Assembly: GCF_009834535.1 (NCBI RefSeq) | Contig: NC_045696.1 | Coordinates: 68,450,001-68,514,000 of the forward strand | DNA length: 64,000 nucleotides | Direction of reading: 5' to 3' | Source: Camelus ferus | Lineage: Eukaryota | Part shown: one piece after another, positions 26,196 through 38,500 of the stretch | Layout: the number at the start of each line of letters is the position of its first letter | Numbering within the stretch: the stretch's first letter is position 1 | Position numbers and translations under genes: made by a program | The notes under the pieces: model-generated | Database searches by the model: none | What the model was told of the DNA's origin: nothing | The model's input: only the letters and a program-made list of their open reading frames with translations

Positions 26196-26203
26196 TGACG
26201 TCA
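26196..26203 (+). promoter_or_regulatory. Somatostatin cAMP response element (CRE)
   Basis: Perfect palindrome TGACGTCA just upstream of the TATA-like box, the known position of the SST CRE. Confidence 0.95.
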
Positions 26204-26212
26204 GAGAGAGAG

Positions 26213-26219
26213 TTTAAAA
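26213..26219 (+). promoter_or_regulatory. SST TATA-like box
   Basis: TTTAAAA about 10 bp after the CRE and about 135 bp before the ATG. Confidence 0.85.
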
Positions 26220-26349
26220 GGGGGGAAACGGTGGAGAGCGCACAAGCCGCTTTAGGAGTCGCGAGGTTCAGAGCCCTTGCTGCTGCCTGCGATCTGCTCC
26301 TAGAGTTTGATCAACCGCCCTCCAGCTCGGCTTCTCCGGCGCCGCAGAG

Positions 26350-26487
26350 ATGCTGTCCTGCCGCCTCCAGTGCGCGCTGGCCGCGCTCTCCATCGTCCTG
26401 GCTCTGGGAAGTGTCACCGGCGCGCCCTCGGATCCACGACTCCGTCAGTTTCTGCAGAAGTCTCTGGCTGCTGCCGCTGGGAAGCAG
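26350..26487 (+). CDS. SST: Preprosomatostatin coding exon 1 (signal peptide, neuronostatin)
   Basis: [46 protein letters not shown], followed by donor CAG|GTAAGG (phase 0). Confidence 0.99.
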
Positions 26488-27294
26488 GTAAGGATACTCC
26501 CTCGACGCCTTCTTTCCCCTCCCCTGAAACCCCCAACCTTCCCTTAGCCTTGTCCCCGCTCTCTTGGGTGGACCTAAGAGGTGTTCCAGACGAGTGTCGG
26601 TGTTTTTCTGGGTCCCTCAGCTACCAAAGCTCTCGGGATAACTTTCAAAGTCCGGAATCCGTTTTTACCTCTTCTTTTCCTGATCAGCGCAGTCGGTCAC
26701 AGTTCAGGTGAGTTCTTCGGCATTCAAGAAAATTTCAAGACACGGGAAACAGAGCTCGAAGGGATGACGGTATCTATCCCCGGTGCTGACCGCGGGAGGT
26801 GCTGACCCAGGTGCTGAAAGCGCGGACTTCTGAAGCGGCTGTCTTCCTAAGCTGTACCTTCCATGCAGCGGGGCTAGGGGCTAAAGGGCACTCTGCAGCC
26901 AGAACACAGTATGTTTAGGATTGTGAAAGATTTCATTCCCCAAAGATGACTTAGTAAAAACGGCAAGGAAAATCCCAGTATGAAGTTCGTGCTATGGAAA
27001 TTGAGTGAAACAAACTGTTGGCACATGTTTTATCTTTGCAAAACTAACGATCTGCTATTTCTTTCTGTGTGTGTTTTAAACGTACAGAGGCAGAAAACGT
27101 GCAGGAACATTTGATTTTTTAAAGCTCCTTTGTGTAACTTGCTGATTAAAGCAACAGCCCTTGTTTTTATATCCTTAACTGATTTTAAGTGTGACAAAAA
27201 TTGCACAGCTGTGAAAATTGGGGTTTGAGTTGCGGTTGAATCTTTTTATTCAAACTAGGCGTTTCCATTTCTTCTTCTCTATCACCCTCATCCT

Positions 27295-27352
27295 ATCTCT
27301 CTCTCCCTCTCTCTCTCTCTCTCCCCCCTCTCTCTCTCTCTCTCTCTCTGTC
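27295..27352 (+). repeat. (CT)n microsatellite in the SST intron polypyrimidine tract
   Basis: Interrupted CT run ending about 17 nt before the acceptor. Confidence 0.9.
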
Positions 27353-27369
27353 TCCCCTACACCTTGCAG

Positions 27370-27582
27370 GAACTGGCCAAGTACTTCTTGGCAGAGCTGC
27401 TCTCTGAACCTAACCAGACAGAGAACGATGCCCTGGAGCCGGAAGATCTGTCCCAGGCTGCTGAGCAGGACGAAATGAGGCTGGAGCTGCAGAGATCCAC
27501 TAACTCAAACCCGGCCATGGCACCCAGAGAACGCAAAGCTGGCTGCAAGAATTTCTTCTGGAAGACTTTCACATCCTGTTAG
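27370..27582 (+). CDS. SST: Preprosomatostatin coding exon 2 (SST-28 at 27496-27579, SST-14 at 27538-27579)
   Basis: Acceptor [34 protein letters not shown]...[18 protein letters not shown]. Total 116 aa. Confidence 0.99.
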
Positions 27583-27707
27583 CTTTATTAATTATGTTTG
27601 TCCCTATAAGACCTCTGATCCCTCTCCTTCAAACCCCATCTCTCCTCCCTAATTCCCCCAATCCTCAGCAACATGCTCACATGAGAAACAGAAGACTGTA
27701 AATACAA

Positions 27708-27713
27708 AATAAA
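27708..27713 (+). terminator. SST polyadenylation signal
   Basis: AATAAA about 125 nt after the stop codon, with a T-rich tract downstream. Confidence 0.85.
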
Positions 27714-30700
27714 ATTGTGGTGAAAATTATGAAAAACAAGACTGGTTTTTTATTGAGTAAAACTTTCTGTTTAATAATACGTGATTAACTTCAGTTGTGA
27801 TTTCAGACAAGTTGTTTGAGATATGCACTCCAAATCTCACAGACACACTGTTTAAAATTCCCTGTGGTAATAAAGGTTATGTTTTAAGTGGTAACTCTGA
27901 TAGTTTGGATCGTTTTAAACACAAACAATTTCAAATAATTATGAATTCTAATTTTAATCTAGTGATAACTATTGGAAAGGGCTGCTACAAACATCAATTA
28001 CACATTAAATACATTTAAAATTATATGTTGAAATGAGAATTAGTATTCATGGGTAGGTAGGTTGAAATGCCCAACTAACCACCAGAGTGTTATGTAAAAT
28101 AAATGATATATAAAAAATGAAAGGAAAAATCATTAAAAGTTGGAGCAAAGAAGCTGGCTTAATAGCTAAAATAAAGTTCTGAGGATTTAAAATGTTTATA
28201 GTTTGTGAACGGTTATCTAGAGAAAAAATATTGCTTTAATATCTTTTTTTGACAATCCTCTTTGTAACTGAATAAGGCTAAATGATAGTTTCTGTTTTAA
28301 ATATAAGCTCCTAAATTTTTTCCCTCGGGGAAAATATCTGTTTAATTATAGGATTCCAACATGAGAGCTATGGGTTGCAAGAAACGTGTGTTGGGTCGTC
28401 TCACTGACTGCTACACTATCAGGGGTATTGAAGTAAAATATTGTCATTGCAGAACAACTGAAGGAGAGATTTCAAGCCTTCTTTTGATGTTATCAAAATG
28501 TGACTAAAATAAAGATGCAGACAATAATAAAAATACTCAGTACATGTCAGCTATTATTATTAGCATTATAATAATATACTAAATGGCACTGCTCACAACA
28601 GAGATAGAAACATTGCTCATTTAACTTACAAAGACCTTAGATAGGTGTCCCTTTGGAGATGTGTGTTTTAACTACAAACTGTATTTCTGAAGAGCTGCCA
28701 GAATAAGAAACCAAATATAAACACATAAACTCAGTCTAAACCCCCATAGTATTATGAACTTACTGATGGCAGCATATAAACATCTAACAGGAATTTTGTA
28801 TTTTAAAGAAAATATTTGTGTTAGATAACACACGTTTTTAATATGAACATGGCTTAGCGGAAGTTAATTCCTGAACAGCTGATCAAACAAGAGAAAATCT
28901 AAGCCACTTAACTAATCTCTGTGAAAACAGAACATCCTTTGAAGTACTGGTGCATCTTTTATTTACAAGACGTTTAGGAGGGAATTAATGAGTGTCCATT
29001 AGGGGATCTGTCTGTGTTAAATGCCTTACTGTACATCTGGTTACCACCAACTCAATGGAGTAATAAAATCACATTACTATGATTAAAGCACAGAAGAGAA
29101 CACAACTTAATTATTTTCTGAGCAGTGTATAGATTGTATGAGTGCCAGGGGATTTTAAGTTTTTAGTATCATCTTTAGTCATCAGTTCCCAACAGTGGTA
29201 TGGAAATAGTTGGCAAGAATTATGTAGTCATGTGCCCACATATAAACTTATTCTTTATTTAAAGCTTAAATTGAATGAATCATTTAATTAGGGTTAGCTG
29301 TCTTTCAGCCTCAGTTTTCCCAACCTCATAAGTAGAGGATTGTACTGACAAAGGCATACATATCCCTTTCAGACGTGACTGTCATTTTGTGCTTCAACAT
29401 TGACAAAACTGCTGAACAAGTACTGATTTTTGAACATTTTAAGTAAGATGTGGAGCATAGTTGTTGTTGTTGTTGTTTTTTAAATATACAGAAGGCTTTA
29501 CTTTTTACTTCCTATTTAGTTCATTTGTGTTCCTCCTAAGTTTGATTCACTGAAAGAGTCTAGTATTCTAGCCACAACAGACCTTTCAGATTGTATTTTC
29601 CTTCCTCCTTAACACAACCATAGGTTTCAACAGTCCTGAGCCACCTGCTACTTCTTTTCCAGGGGAGAGCTTGGGCAAAATAATTCTCTTTTCTGGGCCT
29701 TAGGTTCCCCATCTGAAAATAGGCATAGTAATAAAACCAATCCCTTGGAGTTATGAGGATTCACCAAGACCATATATTTAGAGTTCTTGGTGTGTGGTAA
29801 ACAGCTGGTAAGTTTTAGATGTTATTCTTGGTGTTAATTTTGTTCTCATGTATGCTGTGCTTTCTAGCCTCTCTTTCTTTGCTTTTGCTATTTCTTGACA
29901 TTTCCATAGGTCCAAATCTAACCCAGCGTTGAGGACTTGTTTTATATGCTTCTTGCTCCATAAAATTCTTGCTCTAAGCCCTCAACTGGGATATCTCCCT
30001 TCTCTGAGTACTAATCTGTATCTCTTCCAAGGTGCTTACTTATCACTTCCTACAACTTATTGTAGTTGCATGAGGGTATGTAGGAGAGTGAGTATTGATA
30101 TGTGAACTTGCAATGAAAAAATGTATGTCTGATTCATATGCACGGTGCAATCAGTACCTCAGACAGTGCACATAGTATGTTCTTAGTGTTCACTGAAGAA
30201 TGAATGAATGGTCCATGAACTTGCAGTCTCAAGTGAAACAAATCTCTATTTGCTAGGTGGCAACTTTCTTTCTTAGGAATAGCACAGGAAAATTACATTA
30301 ATGACTATTCTATGTGATGCTGGTGTAACACCAGAAAGACATAGTACATGATTATAATTTTTATAACCAATGAAGCATGTAATTAGCAGACTCACTCATT
30401 TTGGAAGCTGCAATCAGTCCAGTTTTCCTGAATCATTATACAAATTTCCTCGGTAGGGTCTGCTTAGCTGCCCAACAACCATGGGGCTCACAGTTATAGA
30501 GAATCAGATTCACTGACACTTTTTCACATTGGTTTATCTTAAGATCATGCAGATCCACTCTTGAGCTCATGCAGGACCAATTTTTTCACCTTGGCTTAAA
30601 CTCTCAATATATAGACAATTCAGTTTTATGGTGACACAAAATATACCTTTAATTCTGAATATTAGACATGAAAGAGGGCTCAGAAATTATCTTGTCCTCA

Positions 30701-31679
30701 GCATTTACTTTACTGGAAGCTGACATATAGAGAGGATTCCTGTCCAAGATACCCAGTAAACTGATGCAGAGTCTGGACAAAGCCCTAAGTTCCCACTCTT
30801 AGAGGCTGGGATTTGGAGCCCTGGGAATTTTCATTGGATTTTATAAATTAAGTAAAGTTTTACTAAATAGGCTTTAACATCACTGAAGTTGGTATACCTC
30901 TCAAGGTCCCGGATAAATATTCTAGATTACACAAGTGGCCACCTCATTCCAATTAGCTTCACATGTCTCTGGAATATGGTCCATTAAGATGGTGAAATTG
31001 TTATGTAGAGGTTAAATAGTTCTATTAAAATAAATACTAATTCAAAGAAATTCAGGCTTTTAGAGTAGGGTTCAAATAGATAAGAAAGATAATGCATTCC
31101 TAATTAATGGCTGCTTAATTCTATCTTTCCTGTACAAAATATACATAAAAGTACATTTTCAGTTCCAATGCTGCACTAAGGTCAGATGGCACACATTGCG
31201 AAAAGAAGTATTCAGCTACCCTGGAATTACTATGCCTGGGTAACAATTTATTTGACTACAGAATACCCATTATGAGAGTCAAGAATTAGGAATTTAAGTA
31301 GGAAATAGCTCTTTCTTCCTTATTTTTCCATCTACATTCTCCCAGCCAATCAAAGATGAAAGGCAGTGATTTTACCAGACTTCTCACCAACATCTTCTTC
31401 ATCCTCCTTTGTATTTGCTATTATACATGGATTAGCATGATGGAGTCATATGTAAGACCACACAAGTTCCGTACCCTTCAAGAAATCTGGAGTTTCCTGG
31501 CTCTCACGTTTTTCTCTCATGTGATTTATGAAAGCACTTCTTCCTGGATCAACCTATTAGGAATCATTGTGGTGGACAGATTTCTAATGTTGTTGCTGCT
31601 GCCTTTCTCCTTCAACTCCTCTTTCTCCTCCTCCTCCTTCTCCTCCTAGTTTTTCTCTAACAGTCACTCCTCTCTTTGA

Positions 31680-32170
31680 CCACAGCATCCCCAATTACTT
31701 TCTGTTACCACCCCTCTGTGCCTGTTCAGCCATGTGGCTGGCATGAGACTGACTCCACTTCCAGTTCAGAATGGACATTAGGATGGATTAAACCATTCAG
31801 AATATATGACCCCCAGGTTATGGGGATTGATTCATGGCTTGAGCACCTGACCCATCACAGCGAACCTTAAGACTTTTGTGGGGGCACTGCTGGGACATCT
31901 CTTTCTTGCTGATTGTGGATGAGGAAGCATGAAAGGTTTGTCAACCATATTGAGACAGCCAGTGCAGTCTGAAGGCCTATGCTGCAGAAGGCAGAGCGAT
32001 GATACGTAAGGAAACTGGGTCTCTGGTGGCCTCACTGAAGTATGATAGTAAGCTTATCCCAAACGCCAACAGCAGCAGCAGCAACGATGGCAATTTTTAC
32101 CTCTGACCCTCATGTGTATTATCTAAGTAATTTTCTATATTTTTAAAGAGTAGTTCAGGTTTCCTTTACT
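31680..32170. mobile_element. Old MLT1-type LTR
   Basis: GATTGATTCATGGCTTGAGCACCTGACCCA...TAGTTCAGGTTTCC resemble older MLT1 subfamilies. Confidence 0.55.
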
Positions 32171-33475
32171 TTAACCAGATGCTTTCTTATCCACACACTT
32201 AGCATTACCTCATATTATTAGTAGTGTGTGTGTATATGTGTGTGTTTGTGTATGCACAAATGTATGATTCTATAGGTATGTGTTTGTTCATATATCTGTA
32301 GCTGTTTATATATTTAGGCTTGTCCTAACTTCCCAATGAGATAAACATTTTCAGAGGAAAAAGACTAGACTTTGTGCTGTTTTGAAACCCCATTATGTGA
32401 AGAGTCTATACCAGCTTCTTTACAAATACTGTTGATAATAAAGAACAAGAGAATCAGCTTACATTCATTTAATATTTTCCAATGCATTAAAGTGTTCTAC
32501 TGTTGTTATCTCATTGAATCTTCACACATTTTATAATTTATCAACTGAGCTTAGGATAGGAGTTTATACTTCATTTGCCACAAATGTAAAAATTGATGTT
32601 CAAGGTATGTACGTAACTTGCTTACAGTCACAGAAAGCTTATGTGGCAGAGCTTAAAATTAAGACCAGCTCTTCTGAAGAACCAAGTAAAGCCGACCGTC
32701 CTTTTCAGTTGTAGGGACACCACAATCAATCAGACAGTGGTATAGTAGGTCAAGCCCTTTGCTTTCTGCTCTCCCTCTGCTGTTTGCTATGGCAAGCACT
32801 GACATCTCATTGCTGGGGTTGACATCCTACCAATTGGCCTCTGACATCCTCGGATCGCATCGTATCCACTGAATTCAGGGAGCCTGTTTTTATGGCAACA
32901 ACCCTCACTGTCATTCCTGGCCTGCAGAGAAGAGACTGTAAGAGCTTCACAGACAATTCATGAGGCTTCTCATTCAGTCTCAGTGAAAAGACTGTCTCTG
33001 GATCATTTCATGGAGCATAGGTAGGAGACGAATAAGTAGGAATTATCTGATTATGTAAGATGTAATAAAAAGTATCTTTGCTTTTGTCTAGAGTCTTGAC
33101 TTTGGGCTTCCTTATGTACTCCTCCTCAAGTACCTTTCTTGAGAGTTACATCCTGGTGAAGATAAGATACCAGTGATCATAACTTGAGGTCTCCCCTGAG
33201 GAAGGTCTACCTTCCTAAGTACACTGTATTTGCTTTTCTAAAATTGTCAAGTTATTATCATTAACATGTCATTTATTTTACATGCTGTTGTGTGGCTGTC
33301 ATACTGCTCAGTATATGAGTGCAGATTTATTTTTTTAGTAATGCGCTCTTTCAGTCCACAAATATTTATTGATGATCTGTCTGCTAAGTGGAAGCTACAA
33401 AGATTAATTAGTTAAAGTCTCTGTCCTTAGGCAGTTCAAGTCTGAATGAATGTTCACTGGTAGGTAACTAAAAGA

Positions 33476-33665
33476 CATTGATTCTCAAAGTGTGGCCCTG
33501 GACCAATGACATTAGAATCACCTCATAACTTGTTGGAAAAGCAACTTCTTGGGCCCAAGCCCAGATCTACTGAATAAGAAATTTTGGTATTGGATTCAGA
33601 GATCAGTGTTTTAACAAGCCCTCTGAGAGATTCTAATGCACACTAAATTTTGAGAACTACCGTTT
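33476..33665. mobile_element. MER5A DNA transposon
   Basis: TTCTCAAAGTGTGG...TTTAACAAGCCCTC...TTTGAGAACTAC with terminal inverted repeats. Confidence 0.85.
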
Positions 33666-34257
33666 TAAGACAAGAAGGAAAAATATGAGGACAGTCACCA
33701 TGGTGAAGATAATATTTAATTTTTTAATTTTCATATTTCATTCCAAAATTTTTATCAAATAAATTTACAAATAAAGTGGAAGTTCCTTTTTATCTCATCC
33801 TCAGGTATATTCTCATTCCCCTTTCTCCTTTTCCTAATTCAGTGTGTATTCCTCCTGCCTGTGGTTTTATACTTTTACTATATATGTATGTGATCATCAA
33901 TAATACGTTGTATTGCTTTGTGCTTTAGCTATCTTTATATGTAGTAGCTTAGTTGTATTTTTGGAATTTTTTCCGTCTTTTAAGTTTCTGCATAATATTT
34001 CATTGTGCAAATATATCAGAATTATTCTTGTCTTCCTCTGTTGTTAAATAGTTTGGCTTTTTTTTCAAATTTGTTCAGGAGAGTGAAGTTATTGATGTCA
34101 TTAGATCTTTCTCAGCACTGTGTGACTGGGGTGATCTCTCTTTACCAAAGGAAAAAAATAAAATCAAAATAATTCTGCTGGTCTCATGGTCCTTTTCATT
34201 TAGTCAAAAGAATTCCATGTTTCCAAGCAACTTCTACATTATAACTTGCTACCATTG

Positions 34258-34259
<2 letters not shown>

Positions 34260-34301
<42 letters not shown>
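34260..34301. repeat. (TA)n microsatellite
   Basis: Perfect TA run of about 20 units. Confidence 0.95.
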
Positions 34302-34311
<10 letters not shown>

Positions 34312-34649
34312 TATATAATTAAGCATACCATTGAATATAAGTCTATCTACTTACTGCCTCTCTGTTCTTATTCATTTCATCAAGATTTGGCCTCACTGAA
34401 ATTGGTTCTTTGGAAATCGTCTATAAAGAGAATACTCTGACTCTCAGCAGGTATTTCAAAACCCTCTTGATTTCAGTTGGTGTAAGTTCCCATCACATGG
34501 TTCTAGGGGAGACAGAGAGCTGAAGAAATCTGCAATGTCCTATTTCAATCTCTCTCTGGGAGGAATTGAATCAAGACTAACCTGGGGGTGAAGTGGTAAA
34601 GGCTTTATCTGCCTGGGTGGATAAAGTCACAAAGAAAATCAATTGTTCA

Positions 34650-34802
34650 GGGCAGGGTATAGCTCAAGTGGTAGAGTACATGCTTAGCATACAGGAGGTC
34701 CTGGGTTCAATCCCCAGTACTTCCTCCAAGAATAAATAAATAAGTAAGTAAACCTAATTACCTCCTCCAACCAAAAAAAAAAAAAAAAAAAAAAGGAAGA
34801 AC
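34650..34802 (+). mobile_element. Young tRNA-derived SINE (camelid-type) with perfect 17-bp TSD
   Basis: A box TAGCTCAAGTGG, B box GGTTCAATCCC, A-rich tail. TSD AGAAAATCAATTGTTCA at 34633-34649 and 34803-34819. Confidence 0.92.
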
Positions 34803-37714
34803 AGAAAATCAATTGTTCATTGGGACCATATCCAGGCCGTTACAGACTGAAGCTGTTGAATCTGCTATAGGCCTCTTCAGAAATCTAGTTACTTTATATC
34901 TGGTGAATTTCATTATCGTAACAGTCCCAACCAGCTCCCAGGGGTTCACCAATGCCCTTCTGATCCTGGCCTGAGAGCTGTCCCAGAGTAACATGCAGTA
35001 GAACCTAGGAGAGAGAATCATAGCATTTCCTGGCAACGTTCTAACCCATTATTTAGAATTTGAACCTGTCCTTGAGGCTGCGTGCTTGCCTATCATTTAA
35101 TACTTGAACTCGCTCTATCATATCCCTATCCAGAGGATATTCAGACTCTGATTAAATTTCTTTGGTGATGAAGGATTCCCTCTCTCCTGAGGTAGTTTGG
35201 GGTTAGACAAAGTTTAATCACTCCTTCAAAGAAAGTCCTCCAAATATTTGCAGAGCACACTCATGCTTTGACCCCTTCAGTGCACCCATTACTCCCTTCT
35301 CCCTCCTGGCCATCCTCAAGTTCTTTCTATTGCATGCGACATGGATTCCAATTCTTTTACTCATCTCTGCACACACTTGAGTGTGGCCTATCCTTTGTTT
35401 TTGTTTTCTGAGAGAAGAAAAAAACATTCTAAAGATCTAAGAAAGAAGGATTTTAACTATAGTGTTAAATATATCAATTTCCTTTTTTTTTTTTTTTTTT
35501 TTTTTGATGGACTCTGCCTCATGGTACCTTGGCTATGTTGATTATATATTAGTTGAAATGAAAGTTAATCTGTACTGGCTTTTTGGTTTCGTTACTGTCA
35601 CCAAACCATGGGAAGACATTTTCTCAAACAATGGGAACTTTTTTTTAATATATATGACAAAAATGAGGTTTAGGGAAGAAAAGTGTAATACAACCTCCAA
35701 TGTTACATTCAGGGTTAAAATTTAGTTCTCCTGATTTTTTTTTACCAGTGTTCACTACACCGTTTTTCCAAAGACACTTGTAGGTATCAGTCAGACATAA
35801 GTTAATTACAGGATTTAAGACAATCTGCTGCTTGGAAAGGTCGTGTTGTCAACTTCTGCTAAACTAAAATACAATGAATAGAGCTGGGCAGCTGGGATTC
35901 CTAATTCTAGCTGGTTTAGTTTTAAACCCAGTGCAGTGTCACCCAGTTCTCAAGAAGGACTGGCGAATAACATTTTCTTTGTTTCTATTCAATGACAAGA
36001 ACACTACTGAGTGCTGAAGCACCAACCACAGGCTGTGGAATTTCAGAGACTCAGACCTTGGCCTTGAGGAGTCCAGTGCAGAGGGGAAGGTTGACATGTT
36101 CATGGACGAGTGTAGGAAGCCCCACAGCTGAGGTGTGAAGCAATTGCCTCAGGAGTGCAGCCAAGAGAAAAGAAACTGGAGTTGCTGAGCCTTTAACAGG
36201 TGGTAGAGAGTTGAGCCATGTGACTGTTGCTCCAAGTTGAGGGGATAGAGGCAAAAACACAGAGGTGGGGAAATGCAGGGTGTGTTTCAAGGATGATGAA
36301 TCAGTTTTTATGTGTGTTACCTTGATCTAGATTTTTCCTTGGACCCTAAAGGACAATTTGGGCTGCTGCTTGTTCATACTTTTTTGGGGTGGTTGATACA
36401 GGAAGACAAGGCTTTCCCTGAGATGCATGGAGGATGAATGAATTATTTTTTGAGATGATGTGTGAGCATTTTTTAGTGTCTTTCTGAAACTAAAAAGCAT
36501 TTGCAGGGGTCAAAACAAAGAGGTCTTGCTATACACTGCAGCCCCAGAACAAAAACAAAATGTTAAAGTAGCTAGTCAAAATGTTTTTTGACAATTCAAC
36601 CTTAAAATGACTTTAAATAAAAGACAGAGAGCCATTTGGAAGGCTGATCCATTAGCATATGGCCTTTTATTTGTCTTAATTGCTCGCTATTTCAGTATCT
36701 TTTTTCCCTCTTGCATTTGTCTTAATTTTTATGGAAAGTTTAATAACGTGATAATATCCATGATTCGTTTAAAATTCAGGGCAAAGCATTAATCAGAATT
36801 TTAGGGCTGAGGGAATCATCCAGTGATTAGAGGGAAGGCCTTTGTTTTAGACATAAAGAATATAGCTTTCTTTTAAGAACTCCCATCCAATTGTGTGTAG
36901 ACCTTAATAGTTTACAGGGCACTTTTACAAGTATTAATTCACTCACTCAAGATAAAGTACTGAGTGTCTACTCTGTATGAAACTCTCCTCTGGTGCTGGA
37001 GATATAAATATAAATATGGCATCATCCCTGCCCTCGAGGAGGTCATGGTTTTTTGGGAAAATCTGCTTTGTAAACTAAGTTATGACTAAGTACGATAGCA
37101 AATATAGTCAGCTCATAGGCAGGAGTAAATACATTTGTCTGTGGGAGTGGGAGTATTGACCTAGGTCCTGAGGATGACTAGAGATTTATAAGATGAAAGG
37201 AGTTGCAAGATGATTCAGTCAGAGGAAAAGCAGGTGCTGAACACGTTGATGAGTGACTTAGACTCATTTGGAGGCAAGTAAAACAAACCCATTCATACTT
37301 GCTTAAACAAGAATGGGAGTGTATGACTGGGAATCATGGGCATCCTGTAGATTCCCTAGGGCAGAGTCCTGCCAGGCAACACGGTGAGGCTGAACACGAA
37401 CAGAAAAGGTATCCCCAGAACCATAGTTACCTTATTTATAGCTCTCTGTCTAAATACCTAAATTCTTGGTACTTGGCCCAGCTTGGGTCCAGAATCTGCT
37501 CTAGCCCTACCCACATGACCAGATTGGGAAGATCATGTGATACACACATGGTTTCCAAGGCTCTCCTCTATGGGTGAAAGCTTCAAAGAAGGGAGTTTGA
37601 AGCCTGCAAAGGTAATCCAAAAGTTGTCTGCTCTCAGCAGATCTGAGACCCTTAGCAAGAATTAAGAAATGCAATAGTACCAATGGGTGGAGTGGTGATG
37701 GTAGTGATGGTGGT

Positions 37715-37745
<31 letters not shown>

Positions 37746-37759
37746 TGCTAACAGAGATC

Positions 37760-38500
37760 AGGATGTAGATGAGACTGGAGAGTTGGCATGAAGGACACTG
37801 TGAAAGGGTTTTAATCTTTTTGGTTTTTAGATGATGAGTGACTTTAAAATATGCTGAAAGTAAAATGGTCAGAATTTCATTTTGGGTAGTTAACTATGAT
37901 GACGGTGTAGAATATGAACTAGAAAGGGATAAACTGAAAAAAGAGAAGATATTTTAGAGGTAGTTGAAATAGTCTAGGTAAGAGACTAACAGAGCCTTAA
38001 TTAGGCAATAAGAATGGGTAAAATGGAATGAAATGGAAAAAAATTTCAGGAGAAAAGCATAACTGAATATTGAGGCTATTCAATGTGGCTGGGGACTTAG
38101 GAGGAAACTAGCATGGTTTCCACTTTTTTAATGTAAGCAGCAGAGTAGCATGGGGTGCCATTCACCAAGACAACAGAGAAGAGAAGGCTTAAGGGATGTA
38201 GAGTAGGTTTGTGGCGGGTATGTTGAGCTAAGAAGCTAAGGACCACCCACGGGGAACAGTGAAGAGATACATTTCCCTTGGGAGTCAGGTCTAGGCTGGA
38301 GAAGAGATTTAGGAATCATATTTCACGGATGGTAGTTGAAGGCAAGGAGTAAAATTATCCAGGAAAAATGTGCAGAGTAAGAGGAGGAATGGAGAGAGGA
38401 TAGAGCCCTGAGGGGAATCCCTCAGAAGAGGTGTTGAAAGGGAATAACCTCAGAGAGGAGCTTGAAAGGAATGACCATAGAGATGAGGAAAAGAGGGGTG
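37760..38500. mobile_element. L2 fragment
   Basis: GAGTCAGGTCTAGGCTGGAGAAGAGATTTAGGAATCAT L2-like motifs. Confidence 0.65.

Larger units (their letters stand above)
26150..26880. other. CpG-rich region over the SST promoter, exon 1 and start of the intron
   Basis: Visibly high CG dinucleotide density relative to the flanks (not computed). Confidence 0.7.

Noticed and set aside
34650..34722. Apparent tRNA gene
   Set aside because: It is followed by an A-rich tail and flanked by a TSD, so it is a SINE head.
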